46,286 nt of DNA from Candidatus Micrarchaeota archaeon. GTDB taxonomy: Archaea > Micrarchaeota > Micrarchaeia > Anstonellales > Bilamarchaeaceae. Under the pieces are notes generated by a model. That model worked only from the letters and a program-made list of their open reading frames with translations, did not search any database and was not told the DNA's origin. Below, piece after piece: positions 44,974 through 46,286 of the stretch. Location of the stretch: positions 1 to 46,286 of the forward strand of contig JBGFRX010000013.1 in NCBI GenBank assembly GCA_041694885.1. The letters are read 5' to 3'. The translations under genes and the position numbers were made by a program. Each line of letters opens with the position of its first letter. Within the stretch, counting starts at the first letter, position 1.

Positions 44974-46286
44974 ATGCGAATGCGAGTCCCAGAGCGTGCG
45001 TTTTTCGTTTTCTTGGCGTTTTTGCTGTTTTCTTCTGTTCTGCACGCTTCATACCAGAATATAGTAATAAATACTCCTGGTCTCGTCTCCTACTGGAAGA
45101 TGGACAACAACTGGAACGACAGCAAAAGTGCGAATCACGGCACAAGATATGGGATAGGGGATGAAGTTCCTGCCATGACGAATTATACCACTCCGAGCGG
45201 AGTTGTCAGCTCTGACAGCGAATATTCAGGATACTTCGCATGGTATGCCTTTGATAATAATATTAACAACACTCTTTGGAGTTCCAATTGGCCAACTTCG
45301 CCGCCGTGGTGGATAAAATACGAATTTCCCTCAGAGAAAATAATCAAGCAATATACTATCAGAGCAAGGAACCCCGCAGACCCCTACCCAGTTGACTGGA
45401 AGCTCCAGGGCTCGAACGATAATAGCACTTGGAACGACCTTGACACGCGGACAGGGCAGGTGTTCACCGCGCTTGAAAAAAAGACATTCAATTTGTTAAA
45501 TAATGTTGCGTATAAATATTACAGGATTTATGTGACGGCAAGCAACTCAATGCAATCCGTTACTATTGGTGAGATAGAACTGATAGGAGACGGCTTCGGC
45601 CCAGCCAAATACGGCTCTGCATCAGGGAGTTTTGATGGCTTAGACGATTACGTAAGTGTCCCGGACTTTCTTGACCCCACGATCGGGGATTGGTCTTATG
45701 AAATGTGGATTAAGCCTGCATCTCTGCCAAGTCCTTCACAATATGCTGCAGGATTATTGAGCCAGGTTAACAATGACCAGAATTGGGCAATCTACGTTTA
45801 TAATGATGGAAAAATAGCTATAGGCAAAGCAGGAATTAACGAAATTGTAAGCTCTGCTGGAGTAATAACTGCAGGAGCCTGGCATTATATTGTTGTTATC
45901 AAAAACGGAAGCACGACAACAATCTATGTTAACAATAATCCTGTAGCATCGAGTACAATGGCGGTGTGGACAAATACTGCTAACCCATTGAGAATTGGGG
46001 GCTATGTATATGGTGGCACTCCATATTATTTCAATGGCTTTATAGATGAGGTTGCTATATACAATGTATCGCTGAACGCATCCACCATAATGGAGCATTA
46101 CACCGAAGGAAAGCCGCAAATACGATTCGTACCTCCCACCCCTGCCAACAATTCAACCCTTTATGCGAATTCAGTTTACGTGAACACGAGTGTGAACGGA
46201 ACAGGAAACCTTTCCGCATTCATCGACTTCAACCGCTCCCTTGTGGGCTACTGGAGCTTCGACAACATAAGCGGAACAACGGTTTA
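44974..46286 (+). CDS. Secreted LamG-like jelly-roll protein with a nested discoidin/F5-8C domain; runs off the window end (absent from the ORF track)
   Basis: Manual translation open to the end: signal peptide, GLVSYWKMD, AWYAFD..WIKYEF..WKLQGSND..YKYYRI, FDG.DDYV, WHYIV, FNG.IDEVAIY, second LVGYWSFD. Confidence 0.85.
   Translation, partial: MRMRVPERAFFVFLAFLLFSSVLHASYQNIVINTPGLVSYWKMDNNWNDSKSANHGTRYGIGDEVPAMTNYTTPSGVVSSDSEYSGYFAWYAFDNNINNTLWSSNWPTSPPWWIKYEFPSEKIIKQYTIRARNPADPYPVDWKLQGSNDNSTWNDLDTRTGQVFTALEKKTFNLLNNVAYKYYRIYVTASNSMQSVTIGEIELIGDGFGPAKYGSASGSFDGLDDYVSVPDFLDPTIGDWSYEMWIKPASLPSPSQYAAGLLSQVNNDQNWAIYVYNDGKIAIGKAGINEIVSSAGVITAGAWHYIVVIKNGSTTTIYVNNNPVASSTMAVWTNTANPLRIGGYVYGGTPYYFNGFIDEVAIYNVSLNASTIMEHYTEGKPQIRFVPPTPANNSTLYANSVYVNTSVNGTGNLSAFIDFNRSLVGYWSFDNISGTTV

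Noticed and set aside
639-46119. Many ORFs in the supplied track that are antisense or out of frame
   Set aside because: They overlap well-supported genes and have no motifs; treated as shadow ORFs

Overview
Compact archaeal chromosomal region, with no transposase, integrase, rRNA or CRISPR array seen. aRF1, aIF5A, S24e/S27ae, RpoK, class I LysRS, Hjc and Kae1, together with several non-canonical tRNA introns, point to an archaeon; DPANN/Micrarchaeota-like is my inference. In order, the window holds a class III signal-peptide (pilin-like) cluster, a KaiC-type ATPase module, a geranylgeranyl reductase, seven tRNA genes (five with introns), housekeeping genes, an archaeal modified-mevalonate cluster (AcnX x2, UbiD, UbiX, IPK), a duplicated SPFH gene whose second copy carries the N-terminus of SecD, an aspartate/diaminopimelate operon, secF/secD, pyrH and a truncated LamG/discoidin surface protein. 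The most unusual signal is a dispersed family of degenerate 7-nt repeats (about GAAACCG), often flanking small shared hairpins. It occurs in intergenic spacers, in-frame inside two enzymes, and as the body of bulge-helix-bulge tRNA introns. All calls were made by eye, with no database search.
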